From contig DOMK01000010.1 in assembly GCA_003510435.1 (NCBI GenBank), forward strand, positions 41,487-105,486: a stretch of DNA of 64,000 bases, written 5' to 3'. Below are positions 19,731-30,367 of this stretch, one piece after another. Below the pieces are notes generated by a model. That model was not told where the DNA came from. It saw only the letters and a list, made by a program, of their open reading frames with translations, and ran no database searches. The position numbers were made by a program, and so were the translations under genes. The DNA is from Candidatus Magasanikiibacteriota bacterium. Lineage in GTDB: Bacteria > Patescibacteriota > Patescibacteriia > Magasanikbacterales > UBA922. How positions within the stretch are numbered: the stretch's first letter is position 1; each line of letters starts with the position of its first letter.

Positions 19731-20615
19731 TTAATTTGTCACTACCATTGTTGTTTGTCTTTGTTTAATTTCAGATATTATCATGGCTATAAAAATTAGC
19801 AGGCCACCAATCAAAGTGTGTGAGGTTATTTGTTCATTTAAATATAGATAAGCTACTAAAACTGCAAATAGTGGTTCAAAAGAAAAAATAATAGCGGTTT
19901 TGAGCTCGGTAATATAGCGTTGCATATAGGCTTGAGTAGTATACATATAAGCACTGGCAAAAATTGCACAAAATAAAATAGCTTTCCAAACATTCCAATC
20001 TCCAGAAATTGTTATTCTGTAGTTTGTTATTAGCCCTACTATACCGGTAATTATTCCTACAGTAAATAATTGTGTTATGACAAATAAAGAGGCATTGATG
20101 TTTTTAACTAATTTAGTTATCAAAATTAAATGGGTTGCTAAAGCAAAAGTTGCTAATAATACCCAGACATCACCAATGTTTATGGAAAATTTATTTTTTA
20201 AAGTTAATAAAGCCAAACCTCCTAATGCTAATACTATGGCTATAATCTGGTTTACTTTTGGTAATTTTTTATTGATTACAGAAATAATAATTGGAACTAA
20301 AATTACTACTAAGCCAGTAATAAAACCAGCGTTAGAAGCAGTAGTATATTTTATTCCAGTAGTCTGCAATATAAATCCAGCAGAGAGGATTGTGCCAAGT
20401 AAAATTCCTTTCCACAAAATTTCTTTTGTATATAATTTAAATTTATTTGCAAAGATGATAGCCAACAGAATTGAAGCAATAATAAATCTGATTGAGAGAA
20501 AAGAATAAACGTCAACAATACCCACCGCTTGTTTGGTAAATGAAAAAGTGGCACCCCAAAATAACACGCCCAAGAGTATCATCCAAGTTGCTAGTTTTGA
20601 CTTTTCTATCGTCAT
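19731..20615 (-). CDS. EamA/DMT family transporter
   Basis: ~10 TM helices in two EamA-like repeats; start at MTIEKS gives an ATGA overlap with pyrC. Confidence 0.6.
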   Translation of the reverse strand: MTIEKSKLATWMILLGVLFWGATFSFTKQAVGIVDVYSFLSIRFIIASILLAIIFANKFKLYTKEILWKGILLGTILSAGFILQTTGIKYTTASNAGFITGLVVILVPIIISVINKKLPKVNQIIAIVLALGGLALLTLKNKFSINIGDVWVLLATFALATHLILITKLVKNINASLFVITQLFTVGIITGIVGLITNYRITISGDWNVWKAILFCAIFASAYMYTTQAYMQRYITELKTAIIFSFEPLFAVLVAYLYLNEQITSHTLIGGLLIFIAMIISEIKQRQTTMVVTN

Positions 20616-21796
20616 AAAATAATTACTCTTTGATTTAAAATAGTGGCGATGGGCCAGCCGCGGAGTGATAATCCAACAAATGGACTCCAACCGCATTTAG
20701 TTTTTAAATTTTCATTGGTTACTTCTTTTTCTAGATCCAGATCAATTATAACCAAGTCGTTTGTCTCAGGAATGTTAAAGATTTTTTGGATGTTGAAATG
20801 CGTTAATTCAGTAATTTTTTCTAAGGTAATTTTACCGTTTTTAAACTCATTTAGCAAGAGGGGTAAAGTAGTTTCTAATCCTGGTACGCCTGATGGGGAA
20901 TTGGGATATGGCTTAGCTTTTTCTTCTAGGGTATGTGGGGCATGGTCTGTTCCAATAGTATCAATTGTACCGTCTAAAATGGCTTGCCAGAGGGCTTTTT
21001 GATCGTTTTTGGTACGAAGGGGCGGATTCATCTGCCCCAGGGTCCCTAGGTGATTATAATCATCTTCTGATAGAAATAAATGGTGAGGGGTGACTTCAGC
21101 ATAGATCTTAATACTCTCTAATTTGGCTTGTTTAATCAATTCAATTTCTTCTTTAGTACTGACATGACAGATATAGAGTTTGGTGTTGTATTTTTGAGCA
21201 AGTTTGATGGCTTGAGAAACGGCTGTAATAGCAGCATCTCGTGAGCGTATTTTCGAATGATCTTTTACATTGTTACATTGTCCCATTGTTACATTGTTGT
21301 TTTTAATGACAGCTTCGCTCTCTGCATGTACTGCCACAATCAAATTTAACTCTGCACAGGTTTTAAAAATATTTTCTTGATCTTCAATTTTATCAACTAA
21401 TAAATCACCAGTACTGGCACCCATGAAAAGTTTTACACCAATAATTTCGTTTTTACATTTGGCAAATTCAGTATAATTATTTGGCGTTGCTCCAAGATAT
21501 AAATAATAATTCAAAGGAATATTTATTTCGTCCAATTGTTTATCAATTATTTTTTTCTTGTGCTCAAGTGCTAAGGTGCTTATAGTGCTTGGTGAGTTAT
21601 TAGGCATGTCAAATACTGTAGTGTAACCACCTGCCATGGCAGCTTGCGCACCAGTCTGCCAATTTTCTTTGTGTTCAGATCCTGGAGTACGAAAGTGAAC
21701 GTGAGGATCAATTAAGGCTGGTAATGCTAAGAGATTGCCTTTGATTTCGGGTAAGTCTAATTCAAGAGTCTGATTGTTCCAGGTTTTGATTAACAT
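20612..21796 (-). CDS. pyrC: dihydroorotase
   Basis: DPHVHFR metal-binding motif, amidohydrolase fold. Confidence 0.8.
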   Translation of the reverse strand: MLIKTWNNQTLELDLPEIKGNLLALPALIDPHVHFRTPGSEHKENWQTGAQAAMAGGYTTVFDMPNNSPSTISTLALEHKKKIIDKQLDEINIPLNYYLYLGATPNNYTEFAKCKNEIIGVKLFMGASTGDLLVDKIEDQENIFKTCAELNLIVAVHAESEAVIKNNNVTMGQCNNVKDHSKIRSRDAAITAVSQAIKLAQKYNTKLYICHVSTKEEIELIKQAKLESIKIYAEVTPHHLFLSEDDYNHLGTLGQMNPPLRTKNDQKALWQAILDGTIDTIGTDHAPHTLEEKAKPYPNSPSGVPGLETTLPLLLNEFKNGKITLEKITELTHFNIQKIFNIPETNDLVIIDLDLEKEVTNENLKTKCGWSPFVGLSLRGWPIATILNQRVIIL

Positions 21797-21869
21797 TTTT
21801 CACATATCACGTATCACATATCACGTATCACAGTTGTTATGTGTTACGTGTTTTATGTTACGTGAAAAA
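21797..21869. repeat. palindromic repeat family D (ATCACGTATCACAT) directly 5' of pyrC
   Basis: TCACGTATCACATATCACGTATCAC // GTGTTACGTGTTTTATGTTACGTGA; related copy at 55606-55690, directly 5' of prfA. Confidence 0.6.
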
Positions 21870-22814
21870 TTAATTTGTAATTCGCGTTCCTGATTTACCT
21901 TCTAGTGCACTAGCAAGTTTATTCGGTGAAGTAATGATGGCTTCTTTCCCACCGTTTTCTAAAAAATTAATTACCGCCTGAATTTTTGGTAACATAGAAC
22001 CTTTGGCAAAATGATTTTGTTCAATGTACTTTTTTAATTCCTGAATATTTATTTTTTCTAATTTTTTCTGATCTGGTTTGCCAAAATTTATATAAACATT
22101 ATCCACGGCGGTGGCAATGACAAGAGTGTCGGCTTTTATTTGATTGGCAAGAAGGGCAGAAGCAAAATCTTTATCAATTACTGCTTCGACACCTTTTAAT
22201 TTTCCTCTTTCCTCTACAACTGGAATACCACCGCCACCGCAAGCAATAACAATGGTATTATTTTTTATTAATTCTTGCACAATATCTTTTTCAATTACAT
22301 CAATTGGTTTGGGAGAAGCCACAACTCGACGCCAGCCTCGACCAGCGTCTTCTTCTACTGCCCAGCCATATTTTTTGTACAAAGTTTTGGCTTGAGCTTT
22401 GGTATAAAAAGAGCCAATCGGTTTGGTTGGGTTGTTAAAAGCAGGATCATTTTTGTCCACCAAAACCTGGGTGACAACAGTCACGGCTTTTTTGTTCAAT
22501 TTTTTCTTGGTAATAATATTATCCAAGCTTTGTTGAAGATAAAAACCAATTGCACCTTGAGTTTCTGCATCAGCCGTGTCCAAAGGCACACGATGTAATT
22601 TTAATTGATTAAAACCCAATTCAGATCTTTGCATAATAAAACCAACCTGTGGTCCGTTGCCATGGGTAATAACAATTTCTAAATTTTTGCTGAATAGTGG
22701 AAGCAAAGCTTCGCAAGTTTTTTTTACTTGGAAATATTGGTCTTTTTCGGTTTGGTGTTCTTTATCTTTGATAAGAGCATTACCACCAACAGCGATGACG
22801 ATTCTTTTTGACAT
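21870..22814 (-). CDS. arcC: carbamate kinase
   Basis: N-terminal IVIAVGGNAL, amino-acid kinase fold, ~314 aa. Confidence 0.8.
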   Translation of the reverse strand: MSKRIVIAVGGNALIKDKEHQTEKDQYFQVKKTCEALLPLFSKNLEIVITHGNGPQVGFIMQRSELGFNQLKLHRVPLDTADAETQGAIGFYLQQSLDNIITKKKLNKKAVTVVTQVLVDKNDPAFNNPTKPIGSFYTKAQAKTLYKKYGWAVEEDAGRGWRRVVASPKPIDVIEKDIVQELIKNNTIVIACGGGGIPVVEERGKLKGVEAVIDKDFASALLANQIKADTLVIATAVDNVYINFGKPDQKKLEKINIQELKKYIEQNHFAKGSMLPKIQAVINFLENGGKEAIITSPNKLASALEGKSGTRITN

Positions 22815-22816
22815 AA

Positions 22817-23299
22817 TTAGTTATGTTTGTATTCTTTTATTTCTGTTTGATGAAAAGTTTTTTCACAATAATGGCATCTTAGTTTTATTTCTTCTTTGGA
22901 TTTTATGGTAAGAAATTTACTACTCATGGTTTCGTTATTAGTTATGCATTTTGGATTGGGGCAGACAACGACATATTCAATAATGTCTGGTAAAGTGACA
23001 TGAAATTTTTTGACCACTTCATAATTTTTGATAATATTAATTGTACCATCTGGCGCCAAAATTGCAATCCGATTAATTTGTTCCGGAGTTAGTTCCAAGT
23101 CTTCAACTTTTATTAAATCTTTGAACTTCATAGCCTTGCTGGGTAAGTTCAAACCAACAGTGACGAGCTTGTTGTGATCTGCTAAATTGAGCAAACGGAT
23201 AATTTTCAAGGCATGGCCAGCGGTAATGTGGTCAATGACTGTGCCGTCTTTGATGGCGGTGACCAGGAGCTGTTTGGAATTTTCAGTTTTTTGTGGCAT
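22817..23299 (-). CDS. pyrI: aspartate carbamoyltransferase regulatory subunit
   Basis: C-terminal zinc domain CPNPKC..CHYC. Confidence 0.85.
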   Translation of the reverse strand: MPQKTENSKQLLVTAIKDGTVIDHITAGHALKIIRLLNLADHNKLVTVGLNLPSKAMKFKDLIKVEDLELTPEQINRIAILAPDGTINIIKNYEVVKKFHVTLPDIIEYVVVCPNPKCITNNETMSSKFLTIKSKEEIKLRCHYCEKTFHQTEIKEYKHN

Positions 23300-23395
23300 A
23301 TAAAATAGGTTATTTATTTAAAGTAATTTTATTCGACCGATAACCCGTTTTTGTAATTGTTGTAGGTGTATGGTTATTGGCGTCAGGAGTCAGGA

Positions 23396-24316
23396 TTAAA
23401 GTTTTCCCAATACTAATCCAAGTAACGCTTGTCTCACATACAAACCATTTTCCGCTTGTTCAAAATAATAGGCATGTTTGGTCGCATCAACATCAGTCGT
23501 GATTTCATTGACGCGTGGCAAGGGATGCATGATGCGTAAATTTGGTTTGGCTTTGTCGAGCATTTTGGCTTTGAGAATAAAAACATTTTTTACCCGTTCA
23601 TATTCCATCGGGTCGGCAAATCTTTCACCTTGAATTCTGGTCATGTACAAAATATCTACTTTGTTAACTACTTCTTCTATTTTTTTGTGTAATGAAAATT
23701 TAACTTTTTTGGCTTTTAATTCATCACAAATATATTCTGGCATTTGTAAATTATCTGGAGCCACAAAATATAATTTAGCATTGAAATGAACTAGAGCTTG
23801 AGCTAGAGAATGAGTAGTCCGACCATATTTCAAATCGCCAACTAAGGCAATTTCCAAACCTTCAAGTTTTTTCTGACATTCTTGGATAGTAAATAAATCT
23901 AATAGAGTTTGCGTTGGATGTTGGTTGGCACCATCACCGCCATTTAAAATTGGTTTGTCGGTCGCTTCACTAGCGCGTCTAGCTGCACCCTCAATCGGAT
24001 GACGCATGGCAACTACATCTACATATTGGCCAATGATTTTAATGGCATCGTAAAGGGTTTCACCTTTTTTGGCCGAAGTGACGCCAGGATCTGCAAAGCC
24101 AACGACTTTTCCACCCAAGCGATTCATAGCGGTTTCAAAAGATAAGCGAGTTCTAGTAGATGGTTCAAAAAAACAACTGCCCATGACTTTGTTTTCCAAT
24201 AATTTTGGTTGAGGTTTTTGTTTTAGTTCGCGCGCGATTTTTAAAATATGCAACATTTCTGGTTTGGTTAACTCAGAAATGGAGATGATGTCCCTACCTT
24301 TGAAGTTTAATGCCAT
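23396..24316 (-). CDS. pyrB: aspartate carbamoyltransferase catalytic subunit
   Basis: STRTRLSFE and HPLPR motifs. Confidence 0.9.
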   Translation of the reverse strand: MALNFKGRDIISISELTKPEMLHILKIARELKQKPQPKLLENKVMGSCFFEPSTRTRLSFETAMNRLGGKVVGFADPGVTSAKKGETLYDAIKIIGQYVDVVAMRHPIEGAARRASEATDKPILNGGDGANQHPTQTLLDLFTIQECQKKLEGLEIALVGDLKYGRTTHSLAQALVHFNAKLYFVAPDNLQMPEYICDELKAKKVKFSLHKKIEEVVNKVDILYMTRIQGERFADPMEYERVKNVFILKAKMLDKAKPNLRIMHPLPRVNEITTDVDATKHAYYFEQAENGLYVRQALLGLVLGKL

Positions 24317-24515
24317 ATAACATTGATTACACTGATTTAATACTTGCCTGAGGGCAAGGATTTCACAGATTGTGATTGAATAAATTTTTTTAATATAATT
24401 CTGTTTTAATCCGTTTGTATCTGTTTAATCTGCTGTTTCTAATTCGTTTGGTTGTAATTGTTTACAGCAGATTGAACAGATTATAACAAATTATAATGGA
24501 GCAAAATAAATTAAT

Positions 24516-25439
24516 TTAAGTATAAATTTCATTAGTTAGACAGTGATATGAACCACCAGCAAAACGGAAATAGGTCAGGGGGGCAGAATAGCGTTTTATT
24601 TTCAAAGCTTTTAGTTTATTTTCTACACCAGGAGTAGAAAATTTACCACAGTTCATCATTAGTCCTGGGGCAGTAAAGGTATTTACCGTGTAATTACCTA
24701 GGATATTGCCATGACCCGACGAGTCCATAGAGTTTACATAGATTATTGTACCACCTAGCTTTTTTAAAGCCAAGAGGCTATTTTTACTAATCATATTTTT
24801 GGCCACTATAAAGGCTGTTAGATTATTATTTTTATCCACCACAGGGCTAAAAACCGTATCGAGGTGATAGCCATTAGATTTTATTAGACAATAATGATCA
24901 GGTTTTATAATGCTTCTAACAAAGTCATGACCTTTCTTATTTGATCTAGATAAACCGCCAAAATAATATGTACCATAATTAGTTTCTAAGAAAAAAGCTT
25001 CGCCAAATTCTATATACGCGTCTTTGGGTGGAGTAATGATTTGTTTTTTGAATTTTTTGGCAATAATCGGTGCCCAGACATCAGCTTCTGGTTGTCTGAC
25101 CCGTGCGCTAAAACTGGCTTTGATCCAATAATTCTTGTACATCATACCAACATCGCGAATAAAAATTCCATCATGGTGTAGGCTGTCAATTTGGTTAAGT
25201 TCATTTGGAAAAGGTAATAAATGAATTTTTAAACCAGCGGTTTTAAAATTAGAAATAAATTTGTTATATTCACGTCGCATTACTTTTTGATCAGGAATAA
25301 CATGATGATTATGGGCGTAGACAGTAGCGTAATTTAGACTGTTCTTCGTACGGCCTTTGTGGACAGGGTAGCCACTGTACCAAGCGCCAGTTATTTCTCC
25401 ATGAGCTTTTGGCAGATCAACTAGGATGATTTCGTTCAT
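24516..25439 (-). CDS. amidinotransferase-superfamily enzyme (agmatine/arginine deiminase or DDAH-like)
   Basis: C-terminal GGSYHCLTNE catalytic-Cys signature of guanidino-group modifying enzymes; sits beside carbamate kinase and OTC genes. Confidence 0.5.
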   Translation of the reverse strand: MNEIILVDLPKAHGEITGAWYSGYPVHKGRTKNSLNYATVYAHNHHVIPDQKVMRREYNKFISNFKTAGLKIHLLPFPNELNQIDSLHHDGIFIRDVGMMYKNYWIKASFSARVRQPEADVWAPIIAKKFKKQIITPPKDAYIEFGEAFFLETNYGTYYFGGLSRSNKKGHDFVRSIIKPDHYCLIKSNGYHLDTVFSPVVDKNNNLTAFIVAKNMISKNSLLALKKLGGTIIYVNSMDSSGHGNILGNYTVNTFTAPGLMMNCGKFSTPGVENKLKALKIKRYSAPLTYFRFAGGSYHCLTNEIYT

Positions 25440-25755
25440 AGTTTGTTGAAAGTAAATTTAAATTAAAAGTAAAAATATTTTCTGTTTATTTCTGTTCAAT
25501 TCCGTTTTCTCTGTTGTTAATTTTACAACAGAATAAACAGAACTAACGGAATAAAACAGAGGCTATCTTTAAAAAATAAATCACTACCTAATGGTAGTGA
25601 TAAAATTAATAATGAATTGAGAAACAAATGCCCCTGATTTTAGTTTGAACAAATCGTGGTTTGGGATAGGGGATTGGTGTTTCATATTGGCAATATTTTA
25701 TCATTTCTCGGTTATTTTTGCAAGAATCGGGGTTGGGGATATTTTTAAAGCTGGT

Positions 25756-26136
25756 TTAAAGTAATTTTTTAATTTTTAGAAAGAAATTTTTATCTTCATC
25801 ATAACTTAATATATCAGCTACTTTGTCAATTGGAATCCATTTTGCTTCAGGATTATCCGGGTCAGTTGCTTGTAGGTTTGTTTCAGTAGTTGTAAAATGT
25901 AACATGGTGATTTTTTTCTTAATATCCAAATCTTTTTTAGTTCCACGAGTATATAAACCTAACTCCTTAATAAAAATTAAGTCTTTAATTCCAGATTCTT
26001 CGTAGATTTCTCTTCTAGCCGTTTCCTCTACGGATTCATTATTATCAATATGTCCTTTTGGTAAAGTCCAAGTCTTAGTTTTATTTTGAAATACAATAAG
26101 AACATTACCATTGTTAATAATAACTCCCCCCCGCAC
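25756..26136 (-). CDS. NUDIX hydrolase
   Basis: Nudix box GHIDNNESVEETARREIYEESGI. Confidence 0.75.
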   Translation of the reverse strand: MRGGVIINNGNVLIVFQNKTKTWTLPKGHIDNNESVEETARREIYEESGIKDLIFIKELGLYTRGTKKDLDIKKKITMLHFTTTETNLQATDPDNPEAKWIPIDKVADILSYDEDKNFFLKIKKLL

Positions 26137-26176
26137 TTACTTCTTCGATCATAAGATAAAATTTTTAATTGTTCAT

Positions 26177-26446
26177 CTATTTTTTAACCACCACAACTGT
26201 CACTTTTGTGACTAAGGCGGCAAGAGCACCGACAGCGGCTAAAACCGGAGCCAAAATAATACTAGCTGTACCTATAGCAACACCAGCATTTAAAGGAATT
26301 TCTAAAAGCGTTTCGCCTTTATTATTATTTATAAGAATTTTTCTAGCCTTGCCTTTTTTTATAAGGTCTTTGACTTTGGCGAGTAATTCATCGCCACTAA
26401 TTTTGAATTCTTCATTTGATGGGGTTTTCATATGATTATTAATCAA
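26177..26446 (-). CDS. small membrane-associated protein (DUF4342-like)
   Basis: C-terminal GVAIGTASIILAPVLAAVGALAALV motif. Confidence 0.4.
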   Translation of the reverse strand: MINNHMKTPSNEEFKISGDELLAKVKDLIKKGKARKILINNNKGETLLEIPLNAGVAIGTASIILAPVLAAVGALAALVTKVTVVVVKK

Positions 26447-26798
26447 ATTTAAGTGTTATATAAAACATTCCCAATATTGACAAGATAATGGCTGAAGTAT
26501 TAATTATTTTAAGTATTTTTTTGTCTTCTGTTTTTTTGCCTAAAATTAGGGAAATAATTAAACCAATAATAATCCAAACGCCTAGATTAAGAAAAAAAGT
26601 TGGCCAAGTGTCAGTGGGTGGCCAATCGTTTCCCATTGGCGGAACTGGGTATTCAAAAATTTTAAGAGGAAATCCTCCGGTTGCGATTGGTTCGTTTATA
26701 TTTTCGTAAGCATTTGGTAGTTTTTTGTAAGAAAAAAATAAACTTAGCCAATGTAATATTGTGCCTATACTGATTATTGATAAAATTTTATTTTTCAT
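26439..26798 (-). CDS. small membrane protein
   Basis: 119 aa with 3 hydrophobic helices. Confidence 0.4.
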   Translation of the reverse strand: MKNKILSIISIGTILHWLSLFFSYKKLPNAYENINEPIATGGFPLKIFEYPVPPMGNDWPPTDTWPTFFLNLGVWIIIGLIISLILGKKTEDKKILKIINTSAIILSILGMFYITLKFD

Positions 26799-26895
26799 AT
26801 GTTTTGGTTACAAGGGATTCACCCTTTCAGGTATCTTCGGCCTCTCATCCTACGCTAACCTGCCTGCGCAGACAGGAGCTTCGGAGGATTCGGAA

Positions 26896-28518
26896 TTAAG
26901 AAAGTTTTTCTCTCAACAATTCTTCCGCCACTTTTGGATCAGCACTACCCTCAGAAGCTTTCATGACCATACCTTTGAGAAACTGTAAAACTGGTTCTTT
27001 GCCAGCTTTGTATTGGGCAACTTGCGCTGGATAGCTTTTGATAATCTCGTCAATAATTTCACCAAGTTTTCCCGTGTCACTCACTTGACCCCAGCCTTTT
27101 TCTTCCATAATATGAGTTGGGTCTTTATCCACATCAGAGCCAGCCATAATTAATAATATTTTATTAGCATTGGTAGAATTGACGCGGTCGTTGTAAATCA
27201 GAGCAATCAGTTCGGCAAAGTTTTCGGCACTAAATTTGACCTCGGAAATATCCAGATTTTTTTCTTTCAAGATTCCCATGAGTTTACTCGTAATCCAACC
27301 ACCAGCCAAACGAGCGACTTTTTGGGGAATATTTTCCGCTTTGTTTTTGCTCTCTGGCACAGAGTCTAGCCACTCAGTCAATTCGCTCATAACTTCTTCG
27401 GTAAATGTTGCCCAAGCTTTATCTTCACTTAGTAATTTGGCATCGTTATAAGAAAAATTATATTCTGCAAAAAATCTTTGCCGTTTACTCTGAGGTAATT
27501 CTGGTAAATGAATGGCACCAGCGATTTTCAAAGGATGAAATGGAGGAATATCGGGATCTGGAAAATAACGATAATCAGCGGCGTTTTCTTTTATCCGTTG
27601 TAAAACAGTTTCTTGTTTATTCTCATCCCAACCACGAGTTTGCTGAGGCCAGGGTTCATTTTTTTCTAATAATTCTGTCTGCCGTTTGATTTCAAATTCA
27701 ATGGCTTTTTCTACGGCTTTGAAAGAGTTAATATTTTTTACTTCCACTTTATTATTTAGTTTATAATCTCCCAGTGGTTTGACCACACCATCTACAATTT
27801 CAAATTTACCCGCTTCTTGCACTGATACATTGGCTTCACAGCGCATGTGGCCTTTTTCCATATCCGCATCACTCACTTCTAGAGCGCGCATAATACTACG
27901 CAATTCCTGACAATAAGTTTTGGCTTCTAAAGCAGATTTGAAATCTGGATCTGTCACAATTTCCACCAGGGGTGTACCACCACGATTAAAATCTACAAGG
28001 GTGTTTCCACCATTCTGAGGAGCCGTAGGTGACGAAGAATCTCGTTGTTTTTTGTGCGAACTAAGGGATCCTTCGACTCCCTCTGGTCGCTCAGGATTGG
28101 TGTCATGTAATAACTTAGCAGTGTCTTCTTCCAAATGGGCGCGAGTAATACCAATTTTGGCTTCGTCGCGAATATTATCTCCCAAAGGGAAAGTTAAAGT
28201 TAGACTGCCATGCTCGGCAATTGGTTCATCATATTGAGAAATCTGATAACCCTTTGGTAAATCTGGATAAAAGTAATGTTTGCGATCAAATTTGGAATAT
28301 TCGCGAATCGTACAACCAAGAGCTTTGCCAATTAAAACTGTCCAGACAATGGCTTTCTTGTTTGGTACTGGCAGAGTGCCAGGGTGGGCGAGGCAGATAG
28401 GACAGATATTAGTGTTTGGTTCAGCCAAATCAGGATCGTTTTTACACGAACAAAACATTTTGGACTTGGTTTTTAGTTCTACATGGACTTCCATGCCGAT
28501 TATTGGTGTATATTGCAT
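26896..28518 (-). CDS. gatB: Asp/Glu-tRNA amidotransferase subunit B
   Basis: N-terminal MEVHVELKTKSKMFCSC; GatB/YqeY C-terminal domain. Confidence 0.9.
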   Translation of the reverse strand: MQYTPIIGMEVHVELKTKSKMFCSCKNDPDLAEPNTNICPICLAHPGTLPVPNKKAIVWTVLIGKALGCTIREYSKFDRKHYFYPDLPKGYQISQYDEPIAEHGSLTLTFPLGDNIRDEAKIGITRAHLEEDTAKLLHDTNPERPEGVEGSLSSHKKQRDSSSPTAPQNGGNTLVDFNRGGTPLVEIVTDPDFKSALEAKTYCQELRSIMRALEVSDADMEKGHMRCEANVSVQEAGKFEIVDGVVKPLGDYKLNNKVEVKNINSFKAVEKAIEFEIKRQTELLEKNEPWPQQTRGWDENKQETVLQRIKENAADYRYFPDPDIPPFHPLKIAGAIHLPELPQSKRQRFFAEYNFSYNDAKLLSEDKAWATFTEEVMSELTEWLDSVPESKNKAENIPQKVARLAGGWITSKLMGILKEKNLDISEVKFSAENFAELIALIYNDRVNSTNANKILLIMAGSDVDKDPTHIMEEKGWGQVSDTGKLGEIIDEIIKSYPAQVAQYKAGKEPVLQFLKGMVMKASEGSADPKVAEELLREKLS

Positions 28519-28696
28519 AGTATTAATAGAAAATAAACAATAATTTGATAAAAGTTAAAATTTTTTCCTTACTCCTGACACCAATAACCAAGATTTAATA
28601 CTCACAGGGTCAGGTTATTGGAGTTTGGGGTTCGGAATCACAGGGATATTCTAGCATTTAATAGGGGATTTGAAAAGACTAATTTTAGAACAAAAA

Positions 28697-28728
28697 ATCC
28701 ACCTCTTCGGCGGATTTAGTTTTGTAAT
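28697..28728 (-). terminator. rho-independent terminator
   Basis: AATCCGCCGAAGAGGTGGATT hairpin followed by T-run on the minus strand. Confidence 0.55.
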
Positions 28729-28731
28729 TTT

Positions 28732-29517
28732 TTATTTCACTTCACTCGGCACATCAACTCTTTTTGTTATTGGGTTTTTCTTTAATTCTAGATAAAGAAT
28801 GGTTGGCGCTAGAGAAGATAGCGGAGTGATAATTAAACTAACAACTACATTAACTAGGGCAACTAGACCAACCAAAACTAAATATAGTGTGGTGGAATTT
28901 TCTGCAAGTTTTAGAATCATTCCTAATGGTAAATTTACTATCCATTGAATAATAATCATTACAAGACCAAATACAAAACCAGGAGCGAGTAAACGCCAGA
29001 AAGTGTCTCCCCAGCGTCCAGAAACCAATTGTTTGCTATGGCGCATGGCTTCTACACCACTAGTTTCTTCAATCGCTACACTATACAGAGAAAAAGTGAA
29101 CCAGATGGCGAATATTATTCCTGGCACAATTAATAATAATAAACCGCCGAAGACCGCTAATGAAGTAAGAATGGAAGCAATGATAGCGGGAATAATTAAT
29201 TTTTTGCTGTGTTCCAATTCTTCTTGATGAGTTTTTGTGGGTTGATTGTTGATAGTGTTAACCAGAGTTCTAATAAAAGCGATTGAGATCCAGATACTAA
29301 CTAATGAACTAGCGACGATGATTACAAAATATATAAGGGTGGTGGAACTAAATCCATAGACTTTTATAGCTTCTCTAAAAGAGCCGAGCATGGCTTCAGT
29401 TAAACCAAGAACACCGGCTGGTATAAAGAGTAAAATTAAATAAGGTATATAAACTTTATAATCTTTTTTATAAAGATCAATACTTTTTTGAATGATTTCT
29501 TTGGCAGAAATTAACAT
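28732..29517 (-). CDS. polytopic membrane protein (DUF975-like)
   Basis: 261 aa, 5-6 TM helices. Confidence 0.45.
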   Translation of the reverse strand: MLISAKEIIQKSIDLYKKDYKVYIPYLILLFIPAGVLGLTEAMLGSFREAIKVYGFSSTTLIYFVIIVASSLVSIWISIAFIRTLVNTINNQPTKTHQEELEHSKKLIIPAIIASILTSLAVFGGLLLLIVPGIIFAIWFTFSLYSVAIEETSGVEAMRHSKQLVSGRWGDTFWRLLAPGFVFGLVMIIIQWIVNLPLGMILKLAENSTTLYLVLVGLVALVNVVVSLIITPLSSLAPTILYLELKKNPITKRVDVPSEVK

Positions 29518-29578
29518 AGAGTTATGTAATTTAAAGATTTAAAATATTTAAGAGATTTAAAATATTGGTTATTTGTAA

Positions 29579-30259
29579 TTAGGTGGTTAGGTGTTGCTTC
29601 ACTTCACTCCAAATTATATCATGAATAGTATTTGGGGGCAATATTTTATCCTCTTTTATACATTCAATAAGTTTGAATTCATGATAGAGATTGGCAATTT
29701 GCAAATAAGCTTTTTCCGCGTCTTTCAAATGATTAATATCATCTTCGTGAATGTCACGTTTTTTTCCATGCAAATATTCACGATCGCCTTTTTTATCTAC
29801 CAATTGCTGGGAAATTTCTGGCGTGACATGTAAAATAAGATTTACATCTGGCTTAGGAATGCCAAGAATATTATATTCTAGATTATAATTCCAATCATAA
29901 TATTTTTTTCTCTCTTCATCGTCAGTAATTTTTCCACCTTGGTGGCCCATGTTGGAGGCGACATAGCGATTGGCAATCACAATTTTACCTTCATCTAGCC
30001 AAGCACGAATTTTTTTACTAGCCGAAAAACGATCCACGGCATAAAGAATTGAGGCGCGATAAGGTCCGACTTCATGGGCTGAGCCAAAACCGCCGTTTAA
30101 ATATTCTTCTACCAGAGAAGCACTGGGTTCGCCATATTGAGGAAAGCTAATTTGTTCAACTTGTTTACCCTCATTTTTTAAATGCTGAAGCAGAAGTTCG
30201 GTTTGCAAACTTTTTCCCGAGCCGTCTGTGCCTTCGAGCATTATAAATAGTCCTTTCAT
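29579..30259 (-). CDS. tmk: thymidylate kinase
   Basis: P-loop LEGTDGSGKS, DRF-like motif. Confidence 0.85.
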   Translation of the reverse strand: MKGLFIMLEGTDGSGKSLQTELLLQHLKNEGKQVEQISFPQYGEPSASLVEEYLNGGFGSAHEVGPYRASILYAVDRFSASKKIRAWLDEGKIVIANRYVASNMGHQGGKITDDEERKKYYDWNYNLEYNILGIPKPDVNLILHVTPEISQQLVDKKGDREYLHGKKRDIHEDDINHLKDAEKAYLQIANLYHEFKLIECIKEDKILPPNTIHDIIWSEVKQHLTT

Positions 30260-30367
30260 AGTGTCCGTAATTCCGAGCGTAGCGAGGAATCCCTTTCTAA
30301 CGCACGGAAAGTTGTTATAAATAAAATTAATTTCAATGCAAAGTTTAATGCATTAAAAAGGGATCCC

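Noticed and set aside
21797-21869. Possible CRISPR array among short direct repeats (ATCACGTATCACAT, GGAGTAAGG, AACAGAACAAC)
   Set aside because: Only 2-3 short units without regular spacers of 25-40 nt, and no cas genes in the window.
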